The notes below the pieces were generated by a model. That model made no database searches. It saw only the letters and a program-made list of their open reading frames with translations, and was not told the DNA's origin. This document shows, piece by piece, positions 1 to 9,806 of a stretch of DNA of 64,000 nt. Each line of letters begins with the position of its first letter. The stretch's first letter is position 1. Position numbers and translations under genes: made by a program. Origin of the DNA: an uncultured Chlamydiaceae bacterium (lineage in GTDB: Bacteria; Chlamydiota; Chlamydiia; Chlamydiales; JAAKFR01); NCBI GenBank assembly GCA_942490925.1, contig CALNYX010000017.1, forward strand, positions 1,026,191-1,090,190, read 5' to 3'.

Positions 1-1318
1 TTTCCATCTGATTAATGAGATCTAACAACTTCTCTTTAAATGAAATATCATCAGCACGCACTATAACAATCAGAGCCTCCTCTTGCTGAAAAGAGGCAAA
101 TAGATAGGGATCCTTGTGTGATAACTCACGCTCATTTAATTCAGAAAGCGCTAAAAACCACTCTTTTACCAAAGAGGCGGGTAGCACGCTTTGCATCGCA
201 ATAGGCGTAATCGAATAGAAAAAATTCTCCAAAAGAAAATCGTCGTAGTGGCTCGGCATAATTGAGAGAAAATCTTCCAAGCGTTCATTTTGCTTGAGCA
301 TCAAACCGCCATTATAGTCACGAATTTGTCCTAAAGCCTGGCCTAACATCGCCACAACATAGCGACGTGCTACATAGAGGTTCACTGAGCGATCTTTACG
401 ATAAAACTGACTTTTCGGGAGCTGAAGCCGGAAGACTGTCGCCTCTTTTTGATAGATCTTGCGTAAATTACCAACGATATCGACACGGTCAGGAATATAG
501 ACCGTATCGGGATTACTTTTTTCAAATAGCTCTTTAACTGATGGTTCCTTTCCTTTGATTAGACGCAGTAGAACAACTGTAAAAAAGAGATCAAATTGCG
601 TCTGCTCTTCAAATGAAATCGTTGCTTGTGGAATATCGCGTACCGATTTTAGCTGATCACGCAGAGCCAAAATATTGCGATAAACCTCCTCCTCATTGCG
701 ACGCATAAACGTCATGGGAACAAGCTGTTCAATACACCCCTTTAACTCAATTGGGAGCTGCTTCTGCAAATGTCTAATAGCCTCGAGTGTAAACGGCACT
801 TCTGGCTCACACTCGATTTCTAAATAAGCACTATGTACTTGATTCTGTTTGTCTTGATAGTCAATAAATGACCCCTCAACAACTTTAACATTCGGAGCAA
901 TACGACGGATCGACTCAATAATATGCGGCTCTTCAAACGCCTCTCGCTGCTTTAGGAGATTAAAGGTTACCACAACCCCAATGACAGATTTTGTTCCAAA
1001 CGGGTACTCAAGTCGCGTGCGTAATAATTTGACAAACATGTGCCGTTTTTGAGGCGTTCCTTTTGCCGTTTTACGCTTGTAGAAGTAATCAGCTGCAATC
1101 AAACGACTTAGGTGCGCCACACTCCGAATTTTTTTGAATTCAGGAGAAAAGCGGAGAAGAGAAAGAAGAAGCGAAGGGTAGAGATGTGGATCTGGCCAAT
1201 GACGCATCAGAAAAGAGAGGCGGGCTAAAACTTCTGAATCTTTAGCAGTTAAAAAAGAATCTGGTACTAGATTGAGGTTTCCACGAACAAAAACATCATC
1301 TAAGTCATATTTAGGCAT
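1..1318 (-). CDS. N-terminal part of a large conserved chlamydial protein, running off the window; resembles the N-terminal extension of environmental-chlamydial OppA-like proteins
   Basis: Reading frame from ATG at 1318 (MPKYDLDDVFVRGNLNLVP...PMTFMRRNEEEVYRNIL...IRDYNGGL) is open to the window edge; absent from the ORF track because no stop is present; family assignment from memory. Confidence 0.6.
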   Translation of the reverse strand, partial: MPKYDLDDVFVRGNLNLVPDSFLTAKDSEVLARLSFLMRHWPDPHLYPSLLLSLLRFSPEFKKIRSVAHLSRLIAADYFYKRKTAKGTPQKRHMFVKLLRTRLEYPFGTKSVIGVVVTFNLLKQREAFEEPHIIESIRRIAPNVKVVEGSFIDYQDKQNQVHSAYLEIECEPEVPFTLEAIRHLQKQLPIELKGCIEQLVPMTFMRRNEEEVYRNILALRDQLKSVRDIPQATISFEEQTQFDLFFTVVLLRLIKGKEPSVKELFEKSNPDTVYIPDRVDIVGNLRKIYQKEATVFRLQLPKSQFYRKDRSVNLYVARRYVVAMLGQALGQIRDYNGGLMLKQNERLEDFLSIMPSHYDDFLLENFFYSITPIAMQSVLPASLVKEWFLALSELNERELSHKDPYLFASFQQEEALIVIVRADDISFKEKLLDLINQME

Positions 1319-1360
1319 GTTAAAACATAATAAAGACTCGAACAAAAAACGCAATGAATC

Positions 1361-1389
1361 TTGTCATTCTAAAAAAGATTTGCTAGATT
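1361..1389 (+). promoter_or_regulatory. sigma66/sigma70-type promoter for dps
   Basis: TTGTCA-17 nt-TAGATT, 25 nt upstream of the start codon. Confidence 0.5.
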
Positions 1390-1414
1390 TTGCCTAACAA
1401 AGCAGAGGTACCCA

Positions 1415-1861
1415 ATGATAAAAAAACAGAACGCCCAAGTTTGTCAAAAACTTTCCCATATCTTGTCAGATACATTTGTACTCTATGTCAAAACATTGAA
1501 TTTCCATTGGAATATGACTGGGCCACAGTTTTTTATGTACCATAAGCTCTTGCAAGAGCAATACGAAGGACTACAGGAAGCTGCTGATGAACTTGCAGAG
1601 CGGATTCGGATGCTCAATGAAAAAGCTCCAGGTTCGATGCAAGAATTTTTGAAAAAGAGCTGTTTAAAAGAGTCAAAAACAAATCTGACCCAAAAACAGA
1701 TGGTTCAAGAACTTGTGAAAGTACACGAGAGTTTAGTCGAACATTGCCGTGATGCGATTGTTTTCACAGACAGCATTAATGACCAGGGCACCTCAGACCT
1801 ACTTGTCGATCGTATGCGCGATCACGACAAGCAAGCATGGCTGCTACGTAGTCACTTATAA
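1415..1861 (+). CDS. dps: Dps/ferritin-like DNA protection protein
   Basis: NFHWNMTGPQFFMYHKLLQEQY and DELAERIRML ferroxidase motifs; C-terminal HDKQAWLLRS. Confidence 0.93.
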   Translation: MIKKQNAQVCQKLSHILSDTFVLYVKTLNFHWNMTGPQFFMYHKLLQEQYEGLQEAADELAERIRMLNEKAPGSMQEFLKKSCLKESKTNLTQKQMVQELVKVHESLVEHCRDAIVFTDSINDQGTSDLLVDRMRDHDKQAWLLRSHL

Positions 1862-1863
1862 CC

Positions 1864-2106
1864 CTACTTACGTTTTACCTTTTTGACAAAGCGCTTGGTT
1901 TCTTTAGCCAAACCCTTTGATTGCTCGTAAAGATCATCGATTTTATCACGTGTACGACCTGAAACGTCATCATATGTACGCTTCACATCTTTACGTAATT
2001 TTTTCCCACTCTTTGGAGCAAACAATAGTGCTGTAATCCCCATGGCAATACCACCGAGAAACACACCTTTTGTAAAACTTTTACATCTATCAAAACGACG
2101 AGACAT
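1864..2106 (-). CDS. YtxH-domain protein
   Basis: FLGGIAMGITALLFAPKSGKKLRKDV matches the YtxH LxAPxSGxELR pattern. Confidence 0.8.
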   Translation of the reverse strand: MSRRFDRCKSFTKGVFLGGIAMGITALLFAPKSGKKLRKDVKRTYDDVSGRTRDKIDDLYEQSKGLAKETKRFVKKVKRK

Positions 2107-2108
2107 AA

Positions 2109-2366
2109 TTATTTTCTCTTTTTAAATTTTTTCCACAACGCTGCACCTACTGAGGCAAGCTGAACAACTTCCATGGCAACATGTGCCCAACGTTCACACC
2201 CCTCTTCTTCCTCATAATGACAAGGGCGCGCAGCTATCAAGTGCTGGATATGCTTCACAACACTCCGCACAGCACCAGCGACACAGACCAGCGTTATAGT
2301 AACTAATAAAAATAGAAACAAAGCAACACTAGAAGCCACAATTATGAATATTTCAAACCCACTCAT
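2109..2366 (-). CDS. small membrane protein, possibly DUF948/YtxG-like
   Basis: Long N-terminal hydrophobic helix; 2 nt upstream of the YtxH gene in the same direction. Confidence 0.55.
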   Translation of the reverse strand: MSGFEIFIIVASSVALFLFLLVTITLVCVAGAVRSVVKHIQHLIAARPCHYEEEEGCERWAHVAMEVVQLASVGAALWKKFKKRK

Positions 2367-2500
2367 AATTATGATTATAATATAATTAGTTATTAACTAA
2401 TACTATTTATTATTAAGAAGCCTCTGACTAACTCATCCATCAGATCTGCTAATGATTTTTTTTCCAGGATAGCGCCTTAATCTCACTAACCCTCAAGGGA

Positions 2501-3865
2501 TTAGCTTTGACTTCCGAACTCAGTGCTAGCAGAAATCTCATCAACATCTCCAATATAGGAGCCAGACAGAGATTCCCTAGAAAAGGAAATTTCCTTTCTG
2601 AGGCGGAATATTCCTAGCAAGTTAACTATCAATAACATAGCTCCAGCTAGAGACATGACCAATAGAGCATGCCCTTGAGGAAGAAACGAGAAAATTGGGA
2701 ACATCAAGGTCCCAAAAAGAATATAGCCCTGCCTTCCAAAGCGAGGGAAAAGATAACGCGCACACTTAATCCCGACACAGAAATAGGCGATGATTGTTGT
2801 GTAACCCGTTGCGATATAGAAGAATGGAAGGAAAAACTCCATGAATGGGAAATAACGACTTAAAGCTGCTTGAATCACATGAGATCCTTCTCCAGCGATC
2901 GTCCAAGCTCCAGAGAGCAGCACCATAAAAATAGTAATCGTGCAAATCAAATTGTCGATAAAGACGCCTAGAATGGCTAATCTTGCTTGCATTTCTGGGC
3001 GAGCCACGCTCGACTCACTTTGAATGATTGAATCATATCCAATCCCAATATCGGCGGAGTAGGCAGCTCGGGCAATCCCATGTTGAACAGCCAAGATCAT
3101 GGTGCTTCCTGCAAAGCCACCTACAGCAGCATGTCCAGTAAAAGCTGAACTAAAGACAGTGCCTATAACACCAGGTAGGGTTCCTAGATTCTGAATAATT
3201 ACCCACATTCCCATGCTTAGATAGATCAGTAAAAAGATTGGAACAACCCAGCTACAGATTTTTCCAATACGCTGTACTCCACCTAAGGAGGCCCATAAAA
3301 TGGCTCCTAAAAGCAGACTCATCACCAGCAATCTATTTAGATGCCAATTCGTACTAATGCTGTCTGTGATGACTGAAAACTGATAGATTTCGACCCCATA
3401 GATACAGAGAAGCAGCGTGACAAAGATGGGGAGTACTCCAGTTTTAAATGCTTTACGCAGGAAGTACATTGGGCCACCATCGTAGCCACCTTGACTATTT
3501 TCTTTGCGGAATTTCAAACCTAGATAGATTTCACAATATTTGACAATCGCACCGATAATACCTGCGACCCAAAGCCAGAGAAGGGCTCCTGGACCACCAA
3601 GTTGGACAGCTGTTGCGACGCCGACCACATTTCCAATCCCAATCATCCCACCAGTTGAGGCAAAAAATGCTTTAAGCGGATGAACACCTCGCTCCCCCTC
3701 TTTCTCTTTGAGACAGGAAATAAAAAGTTTGAAAAAGCTAGGGAGTCCACTGACCTGAAAAAAACCAGCACGCAGGCTCAAAAAAAAGCCTAGCGCAGCG
3801 ATTAAAATAAACGCTACATAGCCCCAAAAAAAGGTATCGAGTTGTGTAAAAAATTGGTTAATCAT
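2501..3865 (-). CDS. alanine/glycine:cation symporter (AGCS family)
   Basis: GGMIGIGNVVGVATAVQLGGPGALLWLW, GGPMYFL and GGVQRIGK signatures. Confidence 0.93.
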   Translation of the reverse strand: MINQFFTQLDTFFWGYVAFILIAALGFFLSLRAGFFQVSGLPSFFKLFISCLKEKEGERGVHPLKAFFASTGGMIGIGNVVGVATAVQLGGPGALLWLWVAGIIGAIVKYCEIYLGLKFRKENSQGGYDGGPMYFLRKAFKTGVLPIFVTLLLCIYGVEIYQFSVITDSISTNWHLNRLLVMSLLLGAILWASLGGVQRIGKICSWVVPIFLLIYLSMGMWVIIQNLGTLPGVIGTVFSSAFTGHAAVGGFAGSTMILAVQHGIARAAYSADIGIGYDSIIQSESSVARPEMQARLAILGVFIDNLICTITIFMVLLSGAWTIAGEGSHVIQAALSRYFPFMEFFLPFFYIATGYTTIIAYFCVGIKCARYLFPRFGRQGYILFGTLMFPIFSFLPQGHALLVMSLAGAMLLIVNLLGIFRLRKEISFSRESLSGSYIGDVDEISASTEFGSQS

Positions 3866-3902
3866 AAATATAGCTGTTGATTTTACTGATAAAATCCCTA
3901 AA

Positions 3903-4991
3903 ATGCAAGCAATGTTTTCATTCCATTCCTTTGCACACTACTGTCGTGGGCAGTCAGGCCACCCCTACTCCTACCACTCAGCTTGCCAAGAGGCCATTGA
4001 GTCCCTCAAGGGCCAGTTCTATGCCTATGTGCATGAGGAGTGCAGCATCTCCCCACTCCCAGAGGGCTGGGCCCGTTGGTTTCCCTCCATTTCGAATCAA
4101 CAGCAGAAAGGGCGATTTTTCCGTCGTTGCCGTCAAATCTTTCGTCAAAAAGGGAATAACCGCATCTTTTTCCTCGAGAGTTTTGGCCGGCGTGATCTCC
4201 GTCTTTTTGTGTTCTCGGCCCTTCTTTTTGGACGCAAAAGCGATGCGATCTGGATTCTTTTTCGTGATGATCATATTTGGAAAAGAAGGCGCGATCGTTT
4301 TCAAGTACGTATTTTCCAGAAGCTTCTACGTCTCAAATTTGGCAAGCGCCTCTTTTTTCTTTCTGACAGCCACTCCATCGCTGTTTTTCTCAAAGAAAAA
4401 ATGGATCAAACTATCCATGTGATGCCGCTGCCACATATTGATTTTCCAGCGCTTGCTTTTCAAAAGCCGACTCATAAGCCGATAACATGCGGTTTTATTG
4501 GAGAGCCACGTAAGGAGAAAGGGATTCACCAGATTCTTGACCTTCTACGCCTCAAGGACCCTGCTGCGGCTCACTTCAGCTTGATTGTCTCCGAGGATAT
4601 GGCGATTAAAAGCTCTAACATGCATGTTAACTATCATGCGCCAGCTCTTTCGCGCGAAGCCTACATCGAAACGATTTCAAAGTCAGATATCCTTCTACTC
4701 CCCTACGATGCTTACCGCTATAGAAGACGCACTTCCGGTATCTTTGTTGAGGCGATTTGGATGGGGAAAATCCCTCTTGTCAAAGACGACACGTGGCTAT
4801 CAGCTGAACTAAAGCGCTATGATTTACATGAACTGATTGTCGATTGGAATGATCCCCTATTTTTTTCCAACTTGGAAAAACTTCTCGACAATCCTGTCAT
4901 CTACGAAAAACTTGCAAACATGCAAGCTGACTACCAAAAGCATCAAGCCTTCGACGCTTTCACCCGCAAAATCGAAGAACTCGTCTCTTAA
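3903..4991 (+). CDS. GT-B fold (GT4-like) glycosyltransferase
   Basis: GFIGEPRKEKG and DILLLPY...TSGIFVEAIWMGKIPLV motifs. Confidence 0.75.
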   Translation: MQAMFSFHSFAHYCRGQSGHPYSYHSACQEAIESLKGQFYAYVHEECSISPLPEGWARWFPSISNQQQKGRFFRRCRQIFRQKGNNRIFFLESFGRRDLRLFVFSALLFGRKSDAIWILFRDDHIWKRRRDRFQVRIFQKLLRLKFGKRLFFLSDSHSIAVFLKEKMDQTIHVMPLPHIDFPALAFQKPTHKPITCGFIGEPRKEKGIHQILDLLRLKDPAAAHFSLIVSEDMAIKSSNMHVNYHAPALSREAYIETISKSDILLLPYDAYRYRRRTSGIFVEAIWMGKIPLVKDDTWLSAELKRYDLHELIVDWNDPLFFSNLEKLLDNPVIYEKLANMQADYQKHQAFDAFTRKIEELVS

Positions 4992-5069
4992 GAAAGCATT
5001 TTTTATTGTTCGCCTTACAAAAAGCTGGTAAAATTAAACCAAGGCTTAAAAATAGCAGGAATAATTTAA

Positions 5070-6248
5070 ATGCGGTTTATTTCCAGACAGATAGAAAAAC
5101 GCTTTAAGAGCGCACTTGCTCGTAAAAAGAGTATTTTACTTCTTGGCCCACGGCAGACTGGGAAAACAACCCTTGTCAAAAGCCTCAATACTAACCTCTA
5201 TATCAATTTGGCCAGACCAGACACGCGCCAGCTATATGAGAAAGACCCAGGACGATTAACCCGTGAAGTTGAGGCGATGACGCCTGAATTTCCCCTGGTT
5301 ATTATCGATGAAATCCAGAAGGTTATACCTCTTCTCGACGCTGTTCAGGACTTAATTGACTCCCAAGTCGCACAGTTTGTCTTAACTGGATCATCAGCAA
5401 GAAAGCTCCGTCGCGAAGGGGAAGCAAATTTACTGCCTGGCCGAGTTATTGTATTACGCTTAGACCCATTACTTATTGATGAAATCTCTGATTTTTCTCC
5501 ACAAATTGAAGACTTGCTTCTTTATGGCTCACTTCCTCAAATCATTTTGGAAGAGTCGAATGAAAATCGAGAAGAAGACCTATTCTCCTATGTCACCACA
5601 TACTTAGAAGAGGAAATCCGCTCAGAGGCACTTGTTCGAAACATTGGAGCCTTCAGCAACTTTTTGAAGTTAGCAGCCCTTGAATCAGGATCCATCACCA
5701 ATTTTCACAAGCTGTCACAAGATATTGGGGTTTCGAACCCCACCATCAGTGATTATTACCAAATTCTTGTGGACTGCCTTGTCGCTGAAAAGATCGAGGC
5801 TTTATCACAGTCGCATACACGCAAGAAACTGATCAAGTCTCCAAAGTTTTTGATCTACGATCTAGGTGTCAGGCGAATCGCAGCTGGAGAGGGACGAGAC
5901 ATCCCTGAAAAATACATGGGCGATCTATTTGAACAGTGGGTCGGCCTTGAGTTACTACGCCTGCTGAGAACAATTCCACAGAAAAGCTCACTGCTATTTT
6001 GGCGCGATCAGGCTGGAGCAGAGGTAGATTGGATTGTTGAGAGAGAAAATCAATTCATACCCGTTGAGGTAAAGTGGACACAGAATCCAAGTTCTCGTGA
6101 TGCAAGGCACGTACATGCTTTTATCCAGGAATATACAAATAGCTCTCGAGGCTATGTAATTTGTCGTATACCTCGCGCGCAAAAATTAACAGATACCGTG
6201 ACTGCTCTTCCATGGAATGAACTTTCTAAGGTACTTCAGAACAAATAG
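5070..6248 (+). CDS. AAA_14 + DUF4143 ATP-binding protein
   Basis: Walker A GPRQTGKT, Walker B IIDEIQK, LTGSSA, C-terminal WRDQAGAEVDWIV...VEVK. Confidence 0.9.
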   Translation: MRFISRQIEKRFKSALARKKSILLLGPRQTGKTTLVKSLNTNLYINLARPDTRQLYEKDPGRLTREVEAMTPEFPLVIIDEIQKVIPLLDAVQDLIDSQVAQFVLTGSSARKLRREGEANLLPGRVIVLRLDPLLIDEISDFSPQIEDLLLYGSLPQIILEESNENREEDLFSYVTTYLEEEIRSEALVRNIGAFSNFLKLAALESGSITNFHKLSQDIGVSNPTISDYYQILVDCLVAEKIEALSQSHTRKKLIKSPKFLIYDLGVRRIAAGEGRDIPEKYMGDLFEQWVGLELLRLLRTIPQKSSLLFWRDQAGAEVDWIVERENQFIPVEVKWTQNPSSRDARHVHAFIQEYTNSSRGYVICRIPRAQKLTDTVTALPWNELSKVLQNK

Positions 6249-6366
6249 ACAAGAATAGTGCAGTGCCTCGTCCCGATCTAGATCTTTGTTTTGTAATTCT
6301 AGTCGAAATAACTGATTGAATAATAAAGACAAAAAAATTAAAAAAGAAAATACTTAAGGAGAGCAA

Positions 6367-7482
6367 ATGTTTACCTTATCTTCTCGGCAAGATGTTGAAG
6401 ATTTTACTTTAGGCTGCTGTTTTTTTGGGACTGGAGGGGGTGGTCTTCCTAAATTTGGGCAACAAATGCTAAATGAAGCTTTAGATGCTGGCAAGCAACT
6501 ACGCTTTGTTGAAGCAGAATCTATCCATGATGATATGTGGATAGTCTGTCCCTATCTCATGGGTACAAGCGGACCTGAAACGGAAGAACAGCGGAAAAAT
6601 AAACAAATCTATGGCTTATCTCAAACCACTGTTACCAACATGCCGTTGGCAGCTACAAAGTTGCTAATAGAGCAACATATTCCGTCTGTGACGCTTTCTG
6701 GTGCAATCCCCTACGAAATAGGTGGTGCTGCTACAGCAAGTGCAGTTGCAACTGCAGCCTGGCTTGATGTCTCAACAATTGATGCAGATTTTGTCGGACG
6801 CTCTGTTCCAGAGGTCATACAGATGATGCCTGCTGTCTATGGTATGAATCTCTGCCCAACGGCGAGTTCTGATCCTTATGGCAATGAGACTATTATAAAA
6901 AAAACCTGTAATCAACACATGACTGAGCACATTGGGAAGGCTCTTGCGTCTGCCTCCTGCGGGCTTATTGGGCAGGCAACTTTACTTCGCCAAGCAAAGG
7001 AAGTCAGGCCTTTTATGTTAACTAAAACATTATCCATGGCCCTTGAAGTTGGTCGAACTATACGGCAGGTACAAGGGCACGCCTCTGAATTAAGTATAAA
7101 GCTAAATGACATTACTAATTCCCAAGTACTTTTCGAAGGAATAATCTCAAAATTTGATGACTCTGATCAGGGAGGATATTATGTTGGCGATATTATTATT
7201 GATGGTGTTGAAAAATTCTCAAATCACCAATTGAAAATATGGTTTAAAAATGAAAATATCGCAGCATGGTTAGATGATGAAGTGCTTATCACAGCTCCCG
7301 ATCTCATCTCCATCGTAGATAAATCAACCTGTTTACCCCTCGTCAATAATCAATTAAAAGTAGGCTTAAAAGTGCTCGTTTTTGGAACCCCTTGTCACCA
7401 AGCCTGGCGGAATAAAGAAGCTTTAGGATCTTTAAGCCCTCGATATTTTGGATTAGAATTAGATCCTAAATTTCTTTCATGA
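6367..7482 (+). CDS. DUF917 family protein
   Basis: GCCFFGTGGGG, PYEIGG, IDADFVGRSVPE, WFKNENI, APDLISIVD motifs. Confidence 0.85.
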   Translation: MFTLSSRQDVEDFTLGCCFFGTGGGGLPKFGQQMLNEALDAGKQLRFVEAESIHDDMWIVCPYLMGTSGPETEEQRKNKQIYGLSQTTVTNMPLAATKLLIEQHIPSVTLSGAIPYEIGGAATASAVATAAWLDVSTIDADFVGRSVPEVIQMMPAVYGMNLCPTASSDPYGNETIIKKTCNQHMTEHIGKALASASCGLIGQATLLRQAKEVRPFMLTKTLSMALEVGRTIRQVQGHASELSIKLNDITNSQVLFEGIISKFDDSDQGGYYVGDIIIDGVEKFSNHQLKIWFKNENIAAWLDDEVLITAPDLISIVDKSTCLPLVNNQLKVGLKVLVFGTPCHQAWRNKEALGSLSPRYFGLELDPKFLS

Positions 7483-7507
7483 AGCTTCCATCTTTCCTTT
7501 AGCTTTG

Positions 7508-7624
7508 TTTGTTGGTTGGATCGAGAGGGATGAAGAACGCTACATTTTTGCCTACAACATCCAAGATACGTCTATTGATTTGGCAAATAGAATCCCAAGA
7601 GTCAAACAATTGCTCGATGCAAAG
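7508..7624 (+). pseudogene. C-terminal remnant of a class D (OXA-type) beta-lactamase
   Basis: Intergenic frame reads FVGWIERDEERYIFAYNIQDTSIDLANRIPRVKQLLDAK, matching the OXA C-terminal WFVGW-E...F-FA-NI pattern; no start codon and no SxxK or KTG motif. Confidence 0.6.
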
Positions 7625-7674
7625 CTCCCAATAATTTGTGACAAAAAATCTATAGTAACTTACCATCGAAAAAC

Positions 7675-8223
7675 ATGAATCCTAATACTCTTGTATTTAT
7701 ACCAGCTATTGACCATCCAAATCTAATTAGCTCTTCCGTATTTAAGATGTTAAGTCAATGGCATGGATCTGTCCCTGTGAAGGACATACAAGTTGCCGAA
7801 ATAGACCCAGTTTATGCTGGAGGCAATGATCTCTGCATGCATTACGGGCTTCCAATAACCGCAGGTGCTAATTGTGTAATTATTAATGCTACTCGAGGAA
7901 GTTTTTCACAAGTTGCTGTATGTATAGCTCCTGTGAATTATCGCATCAATTTTAATGGTGTTGTCCGCAAAACGTTAAATGCTCGTCGCGTTTCTTTGGC
8001 TCCCCTTGATTTTATATTAAAACAGACTGAGATGGAATATGGAAGTATTACGCCTATAGGGCTCCCTCTAGAATGGACGATCTTAATAGACTCTCGTGTC
8101 ATTTCTCCACCGAGTATTATCATTGGATCCGGTTTATTAAAATCAAAACTACGTTTGCCTTCTAAAGCACTAGAGGAACTTCCTTCTGCCAAAGTCGTTG
8201 AAAATCTAGCTTTCCATAAATAA
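7675..8223 (+). CDS. YbaK/EbsC-type aminoacyl-tRNA deacylase domain protein
   Basis: ANCVII, ARRVSLAP, MEYGSITPIGLP, IIGSGLLKSKL motifs. Confidence 0.85.
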   Translation: MNPNTLVFIPAIDHPNLISSSVFKMLSQWHGSVPVKDIQVAEIDPVYAGGNDLCMHYGLPITAGANCVIINATRGSFSQVAVCIAPVNYRINFNGVVRKTLNARRVSLAPLDFILKQTEMEYGSITPIGLPLEWTILIDSRVISPPSIIIGSGLLKSKLRLPSKALEELPSAKVVENLAFHK

Positions 8224-8458
8224 GTCTCTGCTTTGATTCATTGGTTTGAGAAAAATGACGGACGCGGTCGCAACGAATCGGAACATCACCTTCGAGAGGA
8301 CTAACAGTTGACTCATATTCAGTTGTACTAATCCCGCAATGTAGCAATCCAATTATTCAATCAGTCCCCCTTCCCCTCCTAGTGACTCTGTACTCCGATC
8401 AATAATTTTGAAAACTTCTTTCCGGTCCATAATGACAACAGCAGCCTGCCTGAGTTTT

Positions 8459-8794
8459 TCAAGTCCTAGCATCAAATTCGAACAATAAATGAGCAGGATC
8501 TGAAAATTTTTCATAATACTGGTTTAGTTGCTCACCAAACCAAAGATCAAAGGGATGATTAGAAGCTTCCCAATCTTTTAATCTTTCCAAAGCATCATCT
8601 TCTGCCTCATGCACGACCATGACGTAATCCTTGCCAGATACTTTTTCGTGCCAAACTTTTACTGTTCCTAGTCCGTATCGCTTCAATAATTCTTTGTATT
8701 CCTGGTTCCGAGGACCTATGATTTCTGCTATAAATTTTTTATACGCATCTAACGTTCCAGGCTTTAAAAAATTAGCGGATAATAAATCTTGCAT
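8459..8794 (-). CDS. hypothetical protein (possible dimeric alpha+beta barrel)
   Basis: Protein-like ORF; likely start MQDLL at 8794 (ORF track extends to 8836). Confidence 0.6.
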   Translation of the reverse strand: MQDLLSANFLKPGTLDAYKKFIAEIIGPRNQEYKELLKRYGLGTVKVWHEKVSGKDYVMVVHEAEDDALERLKDWEASNHPFDLWFGEQLNQYYEKFSDPAHLLFEFDART

Positions 8795-8969
8795 CACACC
8801 CTCTTGTTTCATTTGAATGCTAAACAGTATAGACACGAGAATTCATTTTACTCCAATCAAAAGCCCTGAATGCGCCACTCTACCTCAATTCTAATGTATT
8901 TATTTCAGCTATATATAAAAAGATGTATCCAGAAAGTGAATTTTTGGCGGGCGTGAAAAAAATATAAAC

Positions 8970-9725
8970 TTATTCAAATCCATACGTTTTACGACTAGCT
9001 AATGTATCATTTTTAATAAAAGTCATGCAGTGAATAGCAACTTCTAATGGCACTGCATTTTTACTTAGATTTAATAAATACCATATCGTTTTGCAAATAT
9101 CATCGGTTTGTATCATTTCTTCTGGTTTAAATCTCCTCTTTGCTGTCATTTCGGTAGCGGTTATATGAGGACATAAATTGGTAACTTTTACATTATAATA
9201 GGCCATTTCCTTAGCCAAAGCTTCAGAAAATCCAGATAATCCAAATTTGGATGCAGCATATATACCAGCAAAAGAAGCAGCAGTTTTTCCTCCCATAGAG
9301 GACATATTAATTATATAACCAGATTTTTGTTTTTTCATTTGTTCCGCAATGTATTTTGCGACATAAATGGCTCCATTTAGATTTATTTTTAAGAGTTCAT
9401 CTATTTCATTGTCAGACAATGTTATGGTGCCTTGTTTTAAAATTCCTGCATTGTTAAATAACAGATCTATATGTCCATATTTCGATATAATATTATTTAT
9501 GCAAGATTGGACTTCCATAGAAGTTGAAACATCTACAGAATAATATATAGCGGGATTTTTAGTTTTTTCAATTTGAGCTTTAACAGCTTTTAATTTTTCT
9601 TCGTTTCTGGCTAGCAAAATTACAAAATAACCATTTTTTGCTAAAAATATAGCTACAGATTTACCAATACCACTGCTAGCTCCAGTAACAAGAGCAATTT
9701 TTTTCTTCACTTTAAGTCCTTGCAA
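8970..9725 (-). CDS. SDR family oxidoreductase
   Basis: TGASSGIG, NNAG and YAASK motifs; very AT-rich coding sequence. Confidence 0.93.
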   Translation of the reverse strand: MQGLKVKKKIALVTGASSGIGKSVAIFLAKNGYFVILLARNEEKLKAVKAQIEKTKNPAIYYSVDVSTSMEVQSCINNIISKYGHIDLLFNNAGILKQGTITLSDNEIDELLKINLNGAIYVAKYIAEQMKKQKSGYIINMSSMGGKTAASFAGIYAASKFGLSGFSEALAKEMAYYNVKVTNLCPHITATEMTAKRRFKPEEMIQTDDICKTIWYLLNLSKNAVPLEVAIHCMTFIKNDTLASRKTYGFE

Positions 9726-9806
9726 GTCATTTTTTTTTACTGATTTTTTGGTATCTAACTAAAAAAAATTTAATCAAGATTCATCCAAAAGGTACCCAAA
9801 AAGCTT

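Noticed and set aside
3877..4812. Alternative ORFs overlapping the glycosyltransferase, and the many similar antisense or nested ORFs across the window
   Set aside because: Shadow frames of well-supported genes, with no motifs or RBS.
8224..8458. Unexplained 235-nt spacer with short frames (IHWFEKNDGRGR on +, KLRQAAVVIMDRKE on -)
   Set aside because: Only a vague likeness to a Fic motif; no start codon and no convincing family.
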